64,000 bases of DNA, from the NCBI RefSeq assembly GCF_009914755.1, contig NC_060939.1. One strand, 5' to 3'. The translations under genes and the position numbers were made by a program. The notes beneath the pieces were generated by a model. It saw nothing but the letters and a program-made list of their open reading frames with translations, was not told the DNA's origin and did no database searches. This DNA is from the human T2T-CHM13v2.0 reference genome, Homo sapiens. Numbering within the stretch: the stretch's first letter is position 1; each line of letters starts with the position of its first letter. Below are positions 61,521-64,000 of this stretch, one piece after another.

Positions 61521-62377
61521 TGAGTATAAAATAATAAGAAATACATATTGGTCTGTGTCTCCAGTTTCTGACACAGAGCTCCTAATACCCTTGTAATTTC
61601 CTGAGTGATGGGGGTACTGGGAGCATCTTTTGTTCTAATATTGGTTGGGAGCATCTTTGACTGGGTTCCTGGTACAGAGCTTCCAATCCCTTGGAATTTC
61701 CTGGGTGATAGGAGCATCTTTTGTTCTAATGAACGACTCTTGGTGGAATCCTAGATGAGGGCTGGTCACCAGAAAGACCAAGCCATGGTTAGAAGCTTGG
61801 AACTTTCAGCCCCACACCCCATCCTCTAGGGAGGAAAGAGGAGTTGGAGATTGAATCAATAATCAATCATGCCTACATGATGAAGCCTCCTTAAAAATTC
61901 CTAAGTACAGGTGCGGGAGCTTCAGGGTTGGGGAACACGTGGTGGTGCTCCTGGAGAGGCCATGGCAGCTCCATACCCACCCCCACCATATCTTTTCCTG
62001 TATTTCTCTCCCATTTGGCTGTATTCTTTATAATAAGTGGATAAACATAGTAGTGTTGCCCTGGGTTCTCTGCGCTGTTCCACCAAATGACTGGACCTAA
62101 GAAGGGGGGCGTGGGAACCTCCGATTTATAGCCAAGTTGGACAGAAGCTGTGGGTGACCTGCAGACCCACCACTTACAACTGGCATCTGGAGCAGGGCAG
62201 TCCTGGGAATTGAGCCCCTCCCCTGTGGGGCTGGCTCTAACTCCAGTTAGTGTCAGAGTTGAGCTGAACGGTAGGACACCCAGCTGGTGCTGGAGAATGG
62301 GTGGGATTTTTCCCCACACATGTGGAGACGGGAGGTGTTGTGTGAGTGTAAGAATGAACGAGAGAGGCATCTCAGCA
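61521..62377 (+). mobile_element. MER21-family LTR
   Basis: ataagaaatacatattggtctgtgtctccagtttctgacacagagctcctaataccc, the internal repeat typical of MER21, and gggctggtcaccagaaagaccaagcc. Confidence 0.85.
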
Positions 62378-62771
62378 TAAGAAATCAGTGGGGCTGATTT
62401 TAAAAGCAGACAAATGTGAATTCAAGGTTAAGTATTGAAAATAGAATGAAAATCCGGTAAATCGTTAAACATCCTGTGGTAAATGGAAGGATGATTGAAA
62501 GAGGAATGCTGCTGACAGGGAGCGTGGCCCCAGCCAGGCCAGTGAGCAAAGCCAGGGGTGGAACTCCCACACACCCGCCCAGGTCGTTCTCAGAGAGGGA
62601 CCCATTCACAGGCACTGATCATACAAACCCCTCAGAAACACCTCAGCACATTATAAATATTAGAAATAGAACAAAAGGCATTTTGCTTAAAGCATAAGGT
62701 AATGTAACTAGAAATTAATTTTTAAGTTAAAAAATGTGGAAATTTTAAAACACTCAACAAAGCTCAGTTCG

Positions 62772-62875
62772 GGCTGGTCTGAGTGCAGTGGGGTGTACAA
62801 GGAATTGATTACAAGCAGTTACAGGTTTCTTTGCTCCTTTTCCATTTCCACTGCTGCTTCACTTCACTAGCCTTT
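62772..62875 (+). pseudogene. Y RNA (hY3) retropseudogene
   Basis: GGCTGGTCTGAGTGCAGTGG...AATTGATTACAAGCAGTTACAG...CTGCTTCACTTCACTAGCCTTT is colinear with RNY3, followed by a short A-rich tail. Confidence 0.93.
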
Positions 62876-63109
62876 ATTTAAAAAGTCAGCTTGAAGAAGG
62901 TACAACAATTCAACTTATAGAATATCCAGAAAATACAAATGAAAACATTGCATATTAAGACGTATGGACTGCTGTTAAAGCTTTGATCAGAATAAAATGC
63001 AGAGCCAAAAATACTTATCTGATTAAATAAGAATAATTGGAAACACATGAATTAGGCATCTATTGAATAACTTAGAACAACAACAACAAAATAAAAGTAG
63101 AAGAGAACT

Positions 63110-63434
<325 letters not shown>

Positions 63435-63439
63435 TCATG

Positions 63440-64000
<561 letters not shown>

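Larger units (their letters stand above)
60500..63109 (+). mobile_element. Ancient sense L1M remnants (ORF1/ORF2-like), interrupted
   Basis: Strongly A-rich, with L1-like phrases (aaaccaaatatatcagcaatatgtattaaaaatataagtg; gaaaatacaaatgaaaacattgcatattaagacgtatggactgctgttaaagc). Confidence 0.5.

Noticed and set aside
61891-62370. 159-aa minus-strand ORF
   Set aside because: It lies entirely antisense within the MER21 LTR.

Overview
This looks like human or other great-ape nuclear DNA, judging by the AluY/AluS, L1PA, THE1/MST/MLT and hY3-derived repeats. It is a repeat-dominated intronic or intergenic stretch. I recognise no host protein-coding gene, rRNA, tRNA or CRISPR array, and nearly all of the supplied ORFs are by-products of Alu, L1, LTR or simple repeats. 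Main contents: (1) a full-length minus-strand L1PA3-type LINE-1 (about 48514-54681) with a 15-bp TSD, a disrupted ORF1, an ORF2 open through the EN and RT domains, and an intact antisense ORF0; (2) a 5'-truncated L1PA 3' fragment 13.6 kb to its left in the same orientation; (3) a complete MaLR (MSTA/THE1D-like) provirus; (4) two decayed ERVL gag-pol remnants facing each other; (5) about 20 Alus and many older L1M, MaLR, MER and MIR pieces, often nested; (6) a Y3 RNA retropseudogene. I found no evidence for a new biological system. The best second-look items are small structural signals: fold-back or templated repair scars inside two L1s, two L1 copies whose ORF2 lesions complement each other, possible ORF0 splice fusions, an unexplained 82-bp dispersed duplication, and a CTCCATAAA (posterior HOX/CDX-type) motif cluster in unique sequence. 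Repeat subfamily names are recalled from consensus sequences and need RepeatMasker/Dfam confirmation. Boundaries of the old repeats are approximate.
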